Shown: positions 34,344 to 48,010 of the stretch, piece by piece
How the letters are laid out: every line of letters starts with the position of its first letter
How positions within the stretch are numbered: position 1 is the stretch's first letter
Origin: Gnetum montanum
Taxonomy: Eukaryota; Plantae; Gnetophyta
Assembly (NCBI GenBank): GCA_015680685.1
Contig: MNCI01002984.1
Location: 378,221-442,220 of the forward strand
Length of the DNA: 64,000 nucleotides
Reading direction: 5' to 3'
Translations under genes and position numbers: made by a program
The notes under the pieces: generated by a model
Told to the model about the DNA's origin: nothing
Databases searched by the model: none
What the model saw: the letters and a program-made list of their open reading frames with translations, nothing else

Positions 34344-35791
34344 TGTCAAAATTTGAAGCATAAATTACTTAATGTGGATTCTAAAATTATGTCAAAATTT
34401 AATGAAAATAATTAAAATTTAATTCATCACAAGTCTTAGTATTATATCATGAGTCATGATCTTCCACCATGAACTGACCATGGGTCATGGTTCTTCACCA
34501 TAAGTTGACAGTGAGTCACAGTCTATTCATCACAAGTTGATCATGGGTTATGGTATGTTCACCACGGGTTCACTATGAGTCATGGTGAAAAAATCAAAAG
34601 TTTTTGGTTATTTTAGAAGCTTGTATCTCCCTCATTATTTGGAGTTTAAGGTGATCTTGGACTTATTGGGAAGCTTATTATTTCAAGTTTCAAGTTCATT
34701 TGATTAGTTAACTTTAGCTTGGAAAATTGTCACTTAGAACAATCTAATTTTGTTATAATGCTTTAACATGAGTCTTGGAATAATACCATGAGTTGGGATT
34801 GACCACCATGACTCATGGTTGATCTTTTATAATAAATTTTATGAACATGAGTAGTGGTGGCCTTGTGGTTTGATTCTATGAATATCATAAGCTAATCACA
34901 AGTTGTTGTTAGTTCATGGTGCTATAGAAAATTTTAATTTCTTTGAATTTTGAAATCAAATTTGAATGAAACTTGGTTTTTTGGAGTTGGCTCAAGCTGC
35001 TAAACAACCTAATATGAGGAGTTGGTATAATTGAATTAATTTTGTAAATGAATTAATTGATCCCACTTAAAGAACCTTTAATCTTCTAGGCACAATGCAA
35101 AACCTAAACTATAATAAATTTGATGAAATTATGAATAAGAATGAATTGATCATGATATAAACTGAACAATGATTAGTAAGAGTGTTAGTAACTATTGTTG
35201 AATGTTGAATGATGAGTGAAAGTGATGAATGAGAATTAGTGAAGTAATGGTTATTGATAATATTATGATGAAATGTTGCTAATCATAAATTGGAGAATTT
35301 TCTAACATTTTCAATTTTTTTGTTGAAGCATCATTTACAACCCCACATATATATAGCCAAATGATGCAGCCATATTAGTGTATGATGGAGCAAGCCTTTT
35401 TTTTTTTTTTTGGAAAAACTATGTTGAAAATTGAAGGGGCAAGAGAGATTAGGGTTAGCATCTAATTACATTATCTTATCAATATTTTATGAGAGGAGAA
35501 ATAAATGGAATTTGCTATTTTATCCTACATGATATGAAATTCAAATATAATTTACATGGCTTTGGTCCCTATTTTATGAAAAAGCTAATTTATCTTCACT
35601 TTGTCTTTGACTTTTGCCTTTTGTCTTCAAAACTTTCCTTGATTTTACTATATTTCCATATTTATATATGATCTTCTATCACCTTGAATATTTTCTTGTT
35701 GAACCTATTCCTTTGCTTTGTTTGCAATCCACATTGTGGGTGTGAAACTTGGGTTGAATGTGAGTGTCCAAGGTCCATGCTAGAACCAACA
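34344..35791. mobile_element. Probable solo LTR (1448 bp) inserted in the gag of C
   Basis: TG..CA ends; removing it plus one target copy restores aag gtt tta gac tct (K-V-L-D-S), colinear with A and D; TSD only 3/5 (ttaca/tttta); internal accatg/catggt repeat array. Confidence 0.6.
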
Positions 35792-38700
35792 TTTTAGACT
35801 CTCATTTAGATGATACATGATGTGACATATGCCAATACAAACATTTTGAGGGATGTTGTCTAGTTTTTTTGCACATCTAGGAGTATGGGATTTATAATTT
35901 AAATCCAAAATTCATGAAGACGCAAGTACCCAAGAGGTTGCCTTACCCTCAAGGTAATTACAGGTAACCCTACCAACCATAATAATACTATACTAGTGAG
36001 GATTCATCTCAACTATAGGACTACTATTAGTAACTATGGCAAAATCCACACTTGTGGAGGATACTACCATCAATGTAGTAATATCCTTGTAGGTAACCTA
36101 ACCCTTATGGTTGTTAATTCTAGTAGCCTATGTTTCCAAGTGATTCTACCAGTCATGTCTCTTCTCATCACTATTATTCTTTAGATTATCACAAGCCCAC
36201 TACTTCACTTGTTTAATCTCACTCATATGATCGTTACCCATCATAGCACTTGCAACCTTACTTTCCTAATCCCTTATCATATGCTCCACCCATGTAAGAT
36301 GAAATGCTACCAGAGTTGTAAACATGCAAGTGGATTACAACTTAAGTAGTTTTAAGTGCAAGCCCTAGAAAAATTCATTCTTTAGACTTGCTAGTCCACC
36401 TAAACCTATGCAACCATTTGTGGCTATAGATCACATACGTACATCCTCCTAGATGCATTCCGAGTCACCTTCAAACCAAGGCATAACAAATGTCCAAATT
36501 GTAATGTTAACCCATGTTGTTACCAATTGGATTAAGATAGGAAATCCTTTTAGGAAGAGAACCAATCTTGAAAGCCCTCTTATCTACCCTTAGATCATAT
36601 AGAAAGCTCTATGCATGGCTCTATTAGATATAGGTTCTAGAGTTAATTTAATCTTGTAAATAATGTTCAATTCCTGGAACCTACCTTCTTTAAAAAAGGT
36701 AACATTAGACTACAACTTATCGATTAGTCTATAATCATCCCCTTGGGATTGGTAGAAGACATTGTAACCATCATTAGTGGGTGATTATATCTTACTAATT
36801 TTCTTGTAATCCATATTCATAACTATAAGAGGGAGTTTCTTATCATCATGGAAAGAGCTTGGCTGAGCACCATTGATGCCAAGCTAAGAATTAGGGACTT
36901 ATCCTTAGAAATTTTCAAGGAAAATGAACACAAAGTTGGAGAGAAGAAGCATATTTCATGCATCACATACAGTAACATAAGGTGCAATTGTATGTAGAAA
37001 TATAGGTATTTAAACAAAGAATAATCACAACATGTAAATCATGTGAAGAGTCAGTGGATATGATAAAGTATCTATATGTAGCATCCACCAAGTAAGAAGA
37101 CATCTAGTGGTTGATAAGAAATGATAGATGTAGGTTGACAATATGCATGGAACCTCATGAAGCCCTCACAAATGCATACATTGATAAAATAGATGAGATG
37201 AAATAGTTAAAACAATAACTTTCCTATGTAGAAAATAGAAAAGAAGAAGAGATGGATTGGGAGAAGTTGAAAATTCATAAAATAACTAAATTGAAGCTCA
37301 TTAAACTCAAAACATTACCAAAAACTTTCAAATATACGTTCTTAAAAATGGTAAACTAGTAATTATAAATGCCTAGCTTACAGAGGGTTAGAAGTAGAAG
37401 TTATTGGATGTCATGAAAAAGTGGCTAAAAACCTTTGCTTAGTCATGTTATGAAATAACAAAAATTGATCCATACATATGCCAACATAGAATCTACACTA
37501 ATCCAACCATTAAGCCCAAATGATAGTCATAGTAGAGGTTGAATCCAAAATTAAAGAAAGTTGTTAAAAAGAAGATTGAAATGCTCATAAAAGATAGATT
37601 CAAGTAGCCTATAATAGATAGTGAAAGGATTAGTTCACTTATTATTGTGTCAAAGAAAGGGGATTACTAGAGGATCTATATTAACTTTAGGTTGTTGAAT
37701 ATGATAACCTTCAAGGATCATTTTTCATTTCCATTTTTGGCTAGGTGTTGGACACCATTGTAGGACATAAGTCTTATAGCTTCCTAGATGGCTATAGTGG
37801 CTACAATCAAACCTAGATAGTCTTAGAAGATCATATCAAAACTACATTCAAAAGTCCATTGGGAAATCTTGCTTACAAAAATATGCTCTTTGGCTTGTGC
37901 AATGTCCTTGCAATATTCCAATGTTTAGTCCTTAGTATCTTGCAGCAATAAATTGATAATGGTATAAAAGTATTCATGGATGGCTTCTCCATCTACAACT
38001 CTGATTTTGAGCAAGCATTGGGCCATCTAAAGCAGGTGTTGAAATGATGTGTAAAAACTAATTTTAAGTTTAACTAGGAAAAAACCATTTAATGATCTAG
38101 GAGGATACTATTCTTGGATAATAAGTGTCAAAGAAAGAAATAGAGATGGATCCTGAGAAGATAAGAATGATCCAAGAAATAACATAGAGATAACAAACAA
38201 TAGAAAATATGAGATCTTTCCTTGGATATGTGTGCTACTATAAAGGTTTCATAGAAAACTTTTTTTAAAATTATTAAACTACTAGTGGAATTAATGAAAA
38301 AGTATGCAACATTTAATTTGACCAAGGAATGCAATCATACATTTAAATATCTGAAATAAAAGCTTATATAAACTCCATTCCTACAAGTTTTTGAGTGATC
38401 TAAACCATTGTATATCATGATAGATGTATCCAAGTGTTTCTTGGAAGTCATGCTTAGATAACTCAATTTCAAAAGAACATCCATACTATATCCATTGCAT
38501 GCTCAAGATCATCACAAATGTACATCTAAACTATACTATCCTAGAAAAAGATCTTATGATTGTTGAGTATGCCACAAAACATTTTAGGCACTATGTGCAT
38601 GGATATCTAGTTTTTGTGGACACTGATCATAGTATAATTTGATTCCTTATGAATAAGCCATCACTTAGCCCTTGTATCATATTATGACTAGTAATATTAG

Positions 38701-39094
38701 AAGAGTTCGACATAACCATGTTTGATTAAAAGAAGATCAAAAAAATTGTAGCTAATCACTTGTCTTTATTACAATGGGATAATAAAATGGATGAAAAGCC
38801 ATTCTTTGATCAATTCCTTGATGAACTATTATTTATAAAAGTAACAATGATTACATTTGACATAGTTAAGCCTTGGTACACTAATTATCTCACTTACTTG
38901 CTCACACAAGAAGTTTTTATTGAATGATGCAAACATAGGAAATAATAATTTATACACTAATTTAAATACTATATGGAGTTTGAGGAAATCTCTATAAAAT
39001 TTGTATAGATGGCTTAATGTAATGGTGCATTCTAGAAGTAGATCAAATTAAAGTTTTCTAGGATGCTCACAAGGGACCTTGTGGAGACCATTAT

Positions 39095-40037
39095 TGATGA
39101 ATCATTAGTTTGCTTGTCAGTGCATCTCAGTTGGCTATTATGTCACATCCACAATGTCATAGATGCTACGTTGCAGGTGTTTTATGAAAAAGTGAAATTT
39201 TGATCAACTATGATATTGTATATTTGATATCGTAGCACATGTTATGTCAACATATATTCAATATCATAGGATGCATGCCTACCTATAAATACAGCACTTG
39301 GGGGTATGATCCAAATAACTTTCATTCCATCCTTAGGTATACTCTTTTAATTTTTTTTCATAGTTTTAGTGATAGAGAATGTTCCTAGTGTGGTGTTGAG
39401 TAGTTGTATGTAATCTTAGTGAGGTGTACTTGGGCACAATTCATGTCTAAAAATAAAGATCGAGATTTCTTTTCATCATTATATCATCCACTTAGTTTTG
39501 CTATTTTACTTAGCATGGTTTTTACTATTTGATTGTTTACATTTCTAAGTACTTTACTTTATTTGTTCATTAGTAAAGTGTAATGAGTATGACTGGTTTC
39601 AAGCATTTAAGTGTAATCATTTGGTAATCCCAGTAGTGTTATAGCTTGGTTTGTCCAGTAGCATAATGCTTGGTAACCCAGTGATGGTTACATGAGCCGA
39701 AGACATGTATGGTAAGCTAGGATCAAATGCTCATTGCTATAGGCTAGAGTAGATTTATAGTACCACCATTACTTAGATTTAGATTATTATTCTTAACTTT
39801 CATCATGTTCACAGCTAGGAGTATTAAAGGCCAAACAACATCAATTATCATATGTCTCACTTTGGACTATACCATATGTGACAAAGCTACCACTAGGCTG
39901 AGTGGGAAGATAGTGTTCTATGATCGATGTTTACAATCTAGATGCCACAACTAGTCCCATCCATGGAATTTGACTGGATCATGCATGAATGCTTGTGATT
40001 CATATGGTTGGGCATAGGGGGTACTCGCTGCTCATCA
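39095..40037 (+). repeat. 5' LTR of element D (943 bp)
   Basis: tgatgaatca...gctcatca; cctataaata TATA near 39282; PBS follows. Confidence 0.88.
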
Positions 40038-40170
40038 TTGGCGTCATTGCTAGGGATGGTGCTAGTTATCTAGATCAATTTTATTATACACAATCATTGT
40101 AAATGTATTAATGATCTATCTTTTAGAAAACATTAATATTCTTAAGTCACACATATTATAAAAAAAAACC

Positions 40171-42823
40171 ATGTCTTCTTCACATAGGGCTAATAATGCA
40201 TCATATGATGAAAACACTAGTAGGAGAAATGATAGGACTTACATTGAGGAAAACTAAAGTAAACAACCAAAAATAGGGGTTTCCTATGCTCATTTAGACC
40301 TTTACTATATACAATTAAAGACTATGTTCAACTAATGCAAATGATCCTAGAGGAGATGAAGTAAGTCCTAGAATAAGGAGGGCCTTAAGGCCTAGGGCCT
40401 CCTCCAAACCTAGAAGAAATAAATCAAGGGACCATAGGGGGAGATATAGTAGCCATGGTGATTCTCTTGGCTCCCCATCTTCCTCTTCCTCTTCCACATC
40501 TAGTTTTGACAAGGATGAACATAGGTATAAAAATAGAGATACACTAAGGGATCAAGATGAAGATAGAAATATAAATAGATGAGATCATCAAAGTGAGCAT
40601 AGATGAGATTATCATAATTAGATAAATAGAAATAGAAATCATCAGCATGACATGTTTGATGATGAAGAATCCTTATTGGCTACTTTGAGCATGATGGAGA
40701 TAATAGAGGTAGTTAGAATACCCCATATGCATCAAAGGAAAAGTTGCATTAAAAGGCTTGATATGAATAACATCCATAAATTTGTGAGAGGCTATCACTC
40801 TAATCCAAAACATCACTTACAAGCCTTCCATGATCCCTGCATCTTGTAGAAAATCAAGAGTAAGTGGCAAAAGCTTAAGATCTTTCCTAAGAAACTAATT
40901 AATAAAGCTGAAAGTTGGTATAGGTCATTGTTACCAAATTCAATCCATCAATGGTCCACAATGCTGGAACTCTTCAACAAGAAATCCCAAACCTATGCAA
41001 GAGTGCCCAACCTAAGAAAACAAATGCAAGGATGGATGCAAGAAAAGCATGAATCCTTGGATGTGGCCTTAGATAGATACTATTTGCTACTACATAGATG
41101 TCCAAGCCATGATTTCTCTCAAAAAGAGTAGCTTTTCCACAACATAGATGGGCTTCGTAACTAAACGAGAGAGACCTTTGGAATTTATGCCCAAGGTCAG
41201 TTATTCAAATTAAAATCTCATCAGATACAAAGGCTAGTTGAGTAGGTGGCAAAAGAAGAAGGAGAGCTAGGTAAATAAGAGAATGTAGAGGAATATAACT
41301 GGGATCCAACTCTTCAAAAGAATGGGATCCATATCTATGATGAGTAAAAAGAGGCATCTCTTGATGAGGTGATTTCACAATAAACCTTGTCAATACAAAA
41401 GTCTATCACTAAACTTGAAGCAAGGATAGATAAGATGTGGGAGTCGATAAATGACAAAGTTATGACCTACATGAAAACCATAGAGGATATGGCAATGCAA
41501 AAAGGATCAGGTGATCAAAATAAGAAGAGGAAAAAGAACAAAGAAACAGGTAGGAACACTTATTAGCAAAAAAGGAAAATAGCTCTTGTAGAAGAGGCTA
41601 GAGACTCAACCACAGAAGAGGATGATGGATGTAACATCTACCAATATGACCATCCAAAGGGCTATTACCCAGTTATGTTACATCTACAACAGTTTGGAGC
41701 TTTTTCTTTGAATCCTAAGTTTGTACAAAAGCAAATATGTAGGAAATTACCTCACTTACAAGGTAATTATAGATAGTCCTACAACCAATTGTACTATTCT
41801 AATGCAACTTCTTATCAACGTTAAAACTGCTATTACTCAGAGTGGAAAAATCCATAATTATGGGGGATGCCATCAACAAACCAACAATACCCTTATTGCT
41901 AGCGAAACCCTTATGACTACTATGTTCAACAACTTGTTTCTCCAAATGGTTCTACTTCCTTTACCTCGAATCACTACTATCACTCTTTCAAATATCATCA
42001 ACTCATAGAATCTCTTGTGGGATCCCCATCTCAAACCTCTTATCCTCTGTGACATCCTCAATATTCTCATACTTCCCTTCACCATATGTCACCATGAATA
42101 ACATAGGAAGGATTGACATCACATCATCAATGGAAGAATGTCACTTGTGTTGCAAACATACACTTAAATGATAATTTTAGTATATCTCAATCATAATCTT
42201 GAAAACATCCTTTCTTTAGGATAGTTTCCACACATAAGCACAAAATGCATAGACCTACTGGCTCATCAAAACCATCACCAGGTCAGCCAGATGCAACTCC
42301 CTTCCTCACCAAAATAATGTCTTCTAGTCCTATGCAAGGGCCAACATCCATTACCACTCTAATGTAAAACATAATAGATGAACCTATCAATGTGGAGAGA
42401 TAGGTGATTCCATACATTACTACTAAAAAAGAAGGGTGTATTTTTGGTTTGATCTTTCAAAATGTCAACACATTCATTACACTAGTCCACAACAAATGTG
42501 AAGAACAAGTGTGTGCACAAGAGAGAGTAGGGGCCACTAAACCAAAAGACAGATAGTGGCCAAAAATTGAGAACTTTCAATGGTGCAAAATGTGCATGGA
42601 ACAATCTGAACCACTTATGAATTCCCATTCTAAGAAAATGACCCCAACTAAGAACTTACAAATGGAAACACTAAACCACAATCATACACCAACAGAAAGA
42701 GGAACTAAGGACTTGGATGATAAAAATTTAATTATAATCACAATTATATGGGATGATAACAGAAAAACTAAATCACCAAGAATGGTAAGTACAAAATCTC
42801 AAGTGTATGATCCAAGGAACTAA
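40171..42823 (+). pseudogene. Element D gag and Cys-rich spacer remnant; no PR, RT, RH or INT core
   Basis: MSSS start; HLQAFHDPC, SIHQWSTMLELFN..RVPNLRKQMQGWMQ; CNIYQYDHPKG; then VIPYIT..CAQE..W..CME directly. Confidence 0.8.
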
Positions 42824-44950
42824 GATGCATTTTTTGAACACTTTCCCATAAGTTCAATCGTGGGAAGAGGCCTTATCTTGACTTAGGAATTAATAAGTGC
42901 TTTTTAACTTTTTTGTTTTCTACTTTTTTGTGGTTTATAATTTTTTATTATACCTTTTTCTCTTCTTAATACTTTTTCACATTCTTTAATATCTTCTCAT
43001 TCTTTTATACCTTTTCATTTCTTAAACTTTTAATATTTTTTAATATTTTCTAATTCTTTGATAATTTTTCATTCCTTTTATGTTTTTAATTCTTGATATC
43101 TTTTCTAATTTTTAGTATTTTTTCTTCATTTTACTTGTACATATTCTTGTCAATTTTCAATAAAACACATTAAATAAGGCAAGATGTAGTCCCAATAAGG
43201 TGAAGATTTCTCTATATTATCAATCATAAGGGACTGGTTATCTATACAGTGAGACCACATCATCCATCCACCCATTCTATTAATAGGAGGATTTTACCAT
43301 GGTCATAATGATCTTTTCATAATAAAACTAAGAGTAAACTTGTGATTATGCCTAGACAGAAGACTGAAGAACCAAGTGGGAATGCAAATGGTGCAACATC
43401 AAAAGAATTTGTGGATTCTTTTAGATTATTACTGTGAGTTCTATCTTGTCGCTTAGGTTGTATTATATCCTTGTAGATCTAATGAAAAATGGATGTAAGA
43501 GTACAATAAGTGCTACCTTACCATGTCACTAGAAAGACATGTACCCATGCCTGAAGGTAGTCCTTTGGTAAGGTTGACATAGTTAAAAATAAAATAAATA
43601 CATAAGAATAAATTTCTGGGGGTTCCACTAGATAGACATTTTACCCATGTTTGATGGTAGATGGCTTATCAAGAATCTATAAAAATCATACAAAGTGCAA
43701 TGAATAAACTTCTCCCTTAGATAATATGCCAAGTGGTATTACTCTTTGCAACAATGGTAGTCTTATGATTATCAATCCAAGAGATGAAACAATTTGATGT
43801 CATTGGAAAGTGGTTTGGACTTAGTTTGGATCTTGGAAAGAAGGGATAATGATTACTTTAACCATTAATGATACATAAGAATTCATTATTCCTATGGTAA
43901 GATACCTCACGTCCCAAGTTCAGCAATCCTTTCTCTAATCCATCTCACCTCACTATATATTTAATCATAACTTGTGGTTTTGTGTAATATAGCATTATTT
44001 TCCCAATTTGTCAATACTAACATGTGTGTTTTACTAGATAGATATGTCTTGAATTCAACTCCTTGAGTACCTAAGGACACTTTAGGCATGGTTATACAAG
44101 GGCACTAAAGGCTGGAGCTTGCTTTGGGGAGAAGCCACTTGTAAACACTTGTATTTTATACTTGCTAAGCAATTTCACATCATCTTATGCCTTCCAAGAT
44201 CAATCAAAATCTAATAAATACTTTTTGTAATCTCTAATACTTTGTCCATACATCAGAAATTCATTACCCATCTCTTATCCATAAATAAAATTTCACTGCC
44301 CAAGATTCCTTTTTTAAGAATGTCAAATTTTCAAAAACTATGCATCATTAATGGCCATGACCCTCTAGATAAGATTTACATCTTCCAAATATTGCATTTG
44401 ACTCATTTTTTGCAAGAAAAATCAATGAAAGTTTTGAAATCTTTTAATAGTGATGACATAGCTACGATGTTGTAGGCATCTACGATGTCACACATATAAA
44501 AATAGTATAAATACTCATAGGAGTTACTGAAATTTTTCACTTCCTCATTTTGCAATAAGAGAGTTATTTCAGTTTTTTTTAGAACTCTTGCACACTAGCT
44601 TCCAAAGGCCATAACTTCATTCTCATAGCTCTAACTCTAATTTCCAAAATTCTTAAATCCTATTGTTCATGGAGTGCTCAACTTAGTCATTGGGGGGTAG
44701 GCGGTTGGTAGGGTGTGCATTGTGTGATATAAGAAAAAATTTGAAAATTTGAGCAAAAAATTATTAACACTCAAAGATACTATAAAGGGTAAGTACAAAG
44801 AAATAATAATAATCTTAATGTAATCAATAAACCTAAGGCTAGAAAGATTTATATCATACCCCTAATAGATCATATCAACTATTTTAGGCCATAATAAGAA
44901 AAGAAAACGATAGAAGACCATAAGTAACTAAAAGATATAACACCTAAAGG

Positions 44951-45996
44951 TTTCCTTTTTTGCAAATTTTTCTAACTCTATAATCATAATATGATAAGAA
45001 CTTGATTTAACCAAGGGTATGAGTGAGGTAACAAGCTATTAAGAGCTAGTATGAACATTCTAATAATTTCACATCCTTGTTGATTTGCAGATGGCCCCAA
45101 AGAGACTACTAGAAGGAGGACCTTCACAACACAGAAGTTGTAAAGATGCAACTCTAAGCATCTCCATTATGGCCCACACTAACCAATAGTGGTGAATGGA
45201 ACCTAGGAGAAACGTACCAATTCTGGTGAAATAAAGAAGCCAATGTAATAGTTAAAATCAAAGGAGTCTCTTTGTCATACTCAGTAAAGAGGACATATGA
45301 AAAAAGAAGACAAGGGCAGAAGAGGAAAAACTTTTCAGGAGCATAACAACAAAGGGAAGAAGTAACTAATGAATCATCATACCTCCATGAATGACTAAAA
45401 ACTCATTCTTGAGTTAATAGGATAGGACTGAGCTTTCTTTAGAAAATTGGAAAGGTATGAGATTATTAATTGACTCTGATTGTTGTAGTGGAGCATACAA
45501 AAAATGACATAGTTACATGAAAAAATAAAAATAAAAATTAAGGTGGATCAATGTAGTTCATATTTTAGGTAGGGGTGGCACTTGCATATGTCTCTTCTCA
45601 TCATTGTTAGCCTCAAAGTTTCTCCTCTCCTGCCCTTGTCTTCTTTTTCCATATGTCCTCTTTACTGAGTATGGCATAGAGATCCTTCAATTTTAACTAT
45701 TGCATTGACCTCTTTATTTCACCAGAATTGGTACATTTATCCTAGGTTCCATTCACCATTTTTGGTTAGTGTGGGCCATAATGGAGACACTTGGAGTTGC
45801 ATCTTTATAGCTTCCGTGTTGTGAGGGTCCTCCTTCTAGTGGTCTCTTTGGGGCCATTTGCAATCAGCAAAGATATGAGATTATTAGAATGTTCACACCA
45901 GCGCTTAATAGCTTGTTACCTTACTCATACCCTTAGTTAAATCAAGTTATTATCATATTATGATTACAAAGTTAGTAGAATTTGCAAAAAAGGAAA
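44951..45996. repeat. Long inverted repeat: arms 44951-45360 and 45593-45996, ~230-bp spacer
   Basis: The arms are reverse complements along their full length (roughly 85-90% by eye), e.g. gtaccaattctggtgaaataaaga / tctttatttcaccagaattggtac. Confidence 0.95.
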
Positions 45997-47722
45997 TCAT
46001 TTTTATGGTTGGGCATAGGGGGTACTTGCCACTCATCAACTATGTAGGAAGATGAATGATTATAAAAGTTCTCATGATAGTATATTTTTAACCAATAATC
46101 TTCAAGGATACCCATCAATTTATCCATTTCTACATAAGCTATCAACGTGACGGTGGGATAACTACAATGCTTAAATGTCCTTAAGAATGAATCCAACCAT
46201 TGGGATTACTTAACTTGTGGAGAATTGATTTCATAGGTTCCATCACATCGATGTCTAATGGGTAGTCCTACATTATCATTGTTGTAGACTATTGTACAAA
46301 ATGGGTAGAAGCTGCAATAATGATTGATTGCACCATGGAAATAGCCATGAGATCTTTTTAGCAACAAGTTATAAATAATTTTGGTATATCAAAGAACATT
46401 TATTTTCAATAATGGCACTCATTTTATGGATGCTACCTTTAAGAAACTAACGAGACACTTAGGGGTGGAACATAAACTTATTACACCTTATCATTTCCAA
46501 ACCAATGGCCAAGTTGAAGTAACCAATATAGAGATTACACAAATCCTTATTATAAAAATAAGCAAGTATAGGAAAGACTAGAGAATGAAACTTAACAATG
46601 CCTTATGAGCCTATCAATTCACTTGGAAACTTTCTATAGACTACTCCTCGTATGAATTAGGATATGGTAAGTTACTAAAACTTCTAATTTAAATAGATCT
46701 ATGTATGCTAAACATTACTTATGAGCTTGATCTTGACATTAGTTTAATATAGAAAGAATAACTTATGAATATTAACATGATAGATTAAAACCATAGGATA
46801 GTGCTCATGATGAATATGTTCCACAAGGCATACACCAAATAATGCAATAACATTAGGATTAGATAAGTATAATTTAAATTAAAAGACAAGGTACTTTATT
46901 GGAACTTGATGAACATACCATAACATACTAAATTTCAAACATTATGTGAAGGATCTTACATCACACATTCTACACTCAAATCTAGTGCCACACAAATATA
47001 CCATCTTGGCTATCCATAGAAGCTCATTTTGGTCAACATGTAACAAAAAAAATCATTTAGGAATTCCTAGGTAGCCATGCACTCAATTGATACCTCTACC
47101 ACATTCAAAATTTATTCAATTTTTCATATCTTTATATTCAATCTTAGTTGTTGGGAAGCTATACAATCCAATTAATACCTTGTGGGGATAATTTTTTCAT
47201 CTTTTTTTATAATGTTCTTTTTTTTTTGCATTTTCTATTTCTTAATACATTTTTCAATTCTTAGTAAATTTTACAATTCTTGATATTTTTTCCTATTTCT
47301 TTTATGTACTTTCTATTTCTTTTAATTAGTTATTTTCATATATTTATCAATAAAGTTGTTGCTTTTGTGTAGAAAATCAACTTTGTCATTGGAATTTTGT
47401 CCTATGCTATCAAAGTATTGAAGAAGTAATTATACATGATACTAAGACAACAACATTCATCTCCTCAATTCCATTAATAAGAGGTTATTTTTATGGGAAT
47501 GATATGATCCTCATCATATTTAAAAACTAAAATTGACTCATGATTATCACAATTGGAAGAAAGGAGGAAGGAGTAAGAAAAATAAATAAGGTTGTGACAT
47601 CAAGCGAATTTATTGATTTCTTAACCTCCATGTTGGGTTTCACTGACTCCATGTTGACAAACTATCACTTATGCTTTTAAATATTTTGGAACATATTATT
47701 TACAAATAATTATTCTTTTATT

Positions 47723-48010
47723 ATGTCACTAGATAGACATGTAACCATGATTGAATGTAGTCCTATGGAAAGGGTAACGAATTAAAATAATTAATTAAGA
47801 TATAAAATAAGCATTCTTATAGTATCATTGGAAATACATATGACTCATGCTTAAAGGTAGGCTATTTTCAATAATTTCATGATCCTTGAACTCATCTCAT
47901 TATATGATTGGAAAGACATTTGACACATGCCTAAAGGTGCTTCTTTGATGAGATTACCATTGATTATAAGATTGGAAAAATATGACCTATGCCTAAAGTA
48001 CTCTTCTAAC
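47723..48010 (+). repeat. Degenerate tandem repeats in the 3' region of C (homologous pair in D at ~43523-43670)
   Basis: Four copies of a motif like t(a/g)gaaagacat...catgcctaaaggta at ~47723, 47828, 47908 and 47972. Confidence 0.65.

Larger units (their letters stand above)
39095..46038 (+). mobile_element. Element D: non-autonomous Athila-like element (gag only) nested in the integrase of C, with a rearranged 3' end
   Basis: 5' LTR 39095-40037; PBS 40039-40056; TSD attat/actat; the integrase of C resumes at 46044; only ~37 bp of the 3' LTR end remain (46002-46038). Confidence 0.9.
32585..47070 (+). pseudogene. Element C gag-pol, heavily decayed, split by insertions at 34344-35791 and 39095-46038
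   Basis: FLDGYSGYNQ, MLFGLCN, VFMDGFS, NYTILEKDL, FVDTDHS, DAHKGPCGDHY | ...IDFIG, VDYCTKWVEA, TPYHFQTNGQVEVTN. Confidence 0.88.

Noticed and set aside
44951-45996. Hairpin as a MITE/foldback transposon or a miRNA precursor
   Set aside because: No TSD of its own; arms and spacer are all derived from D's 3' region, so a rearrangement explains it.
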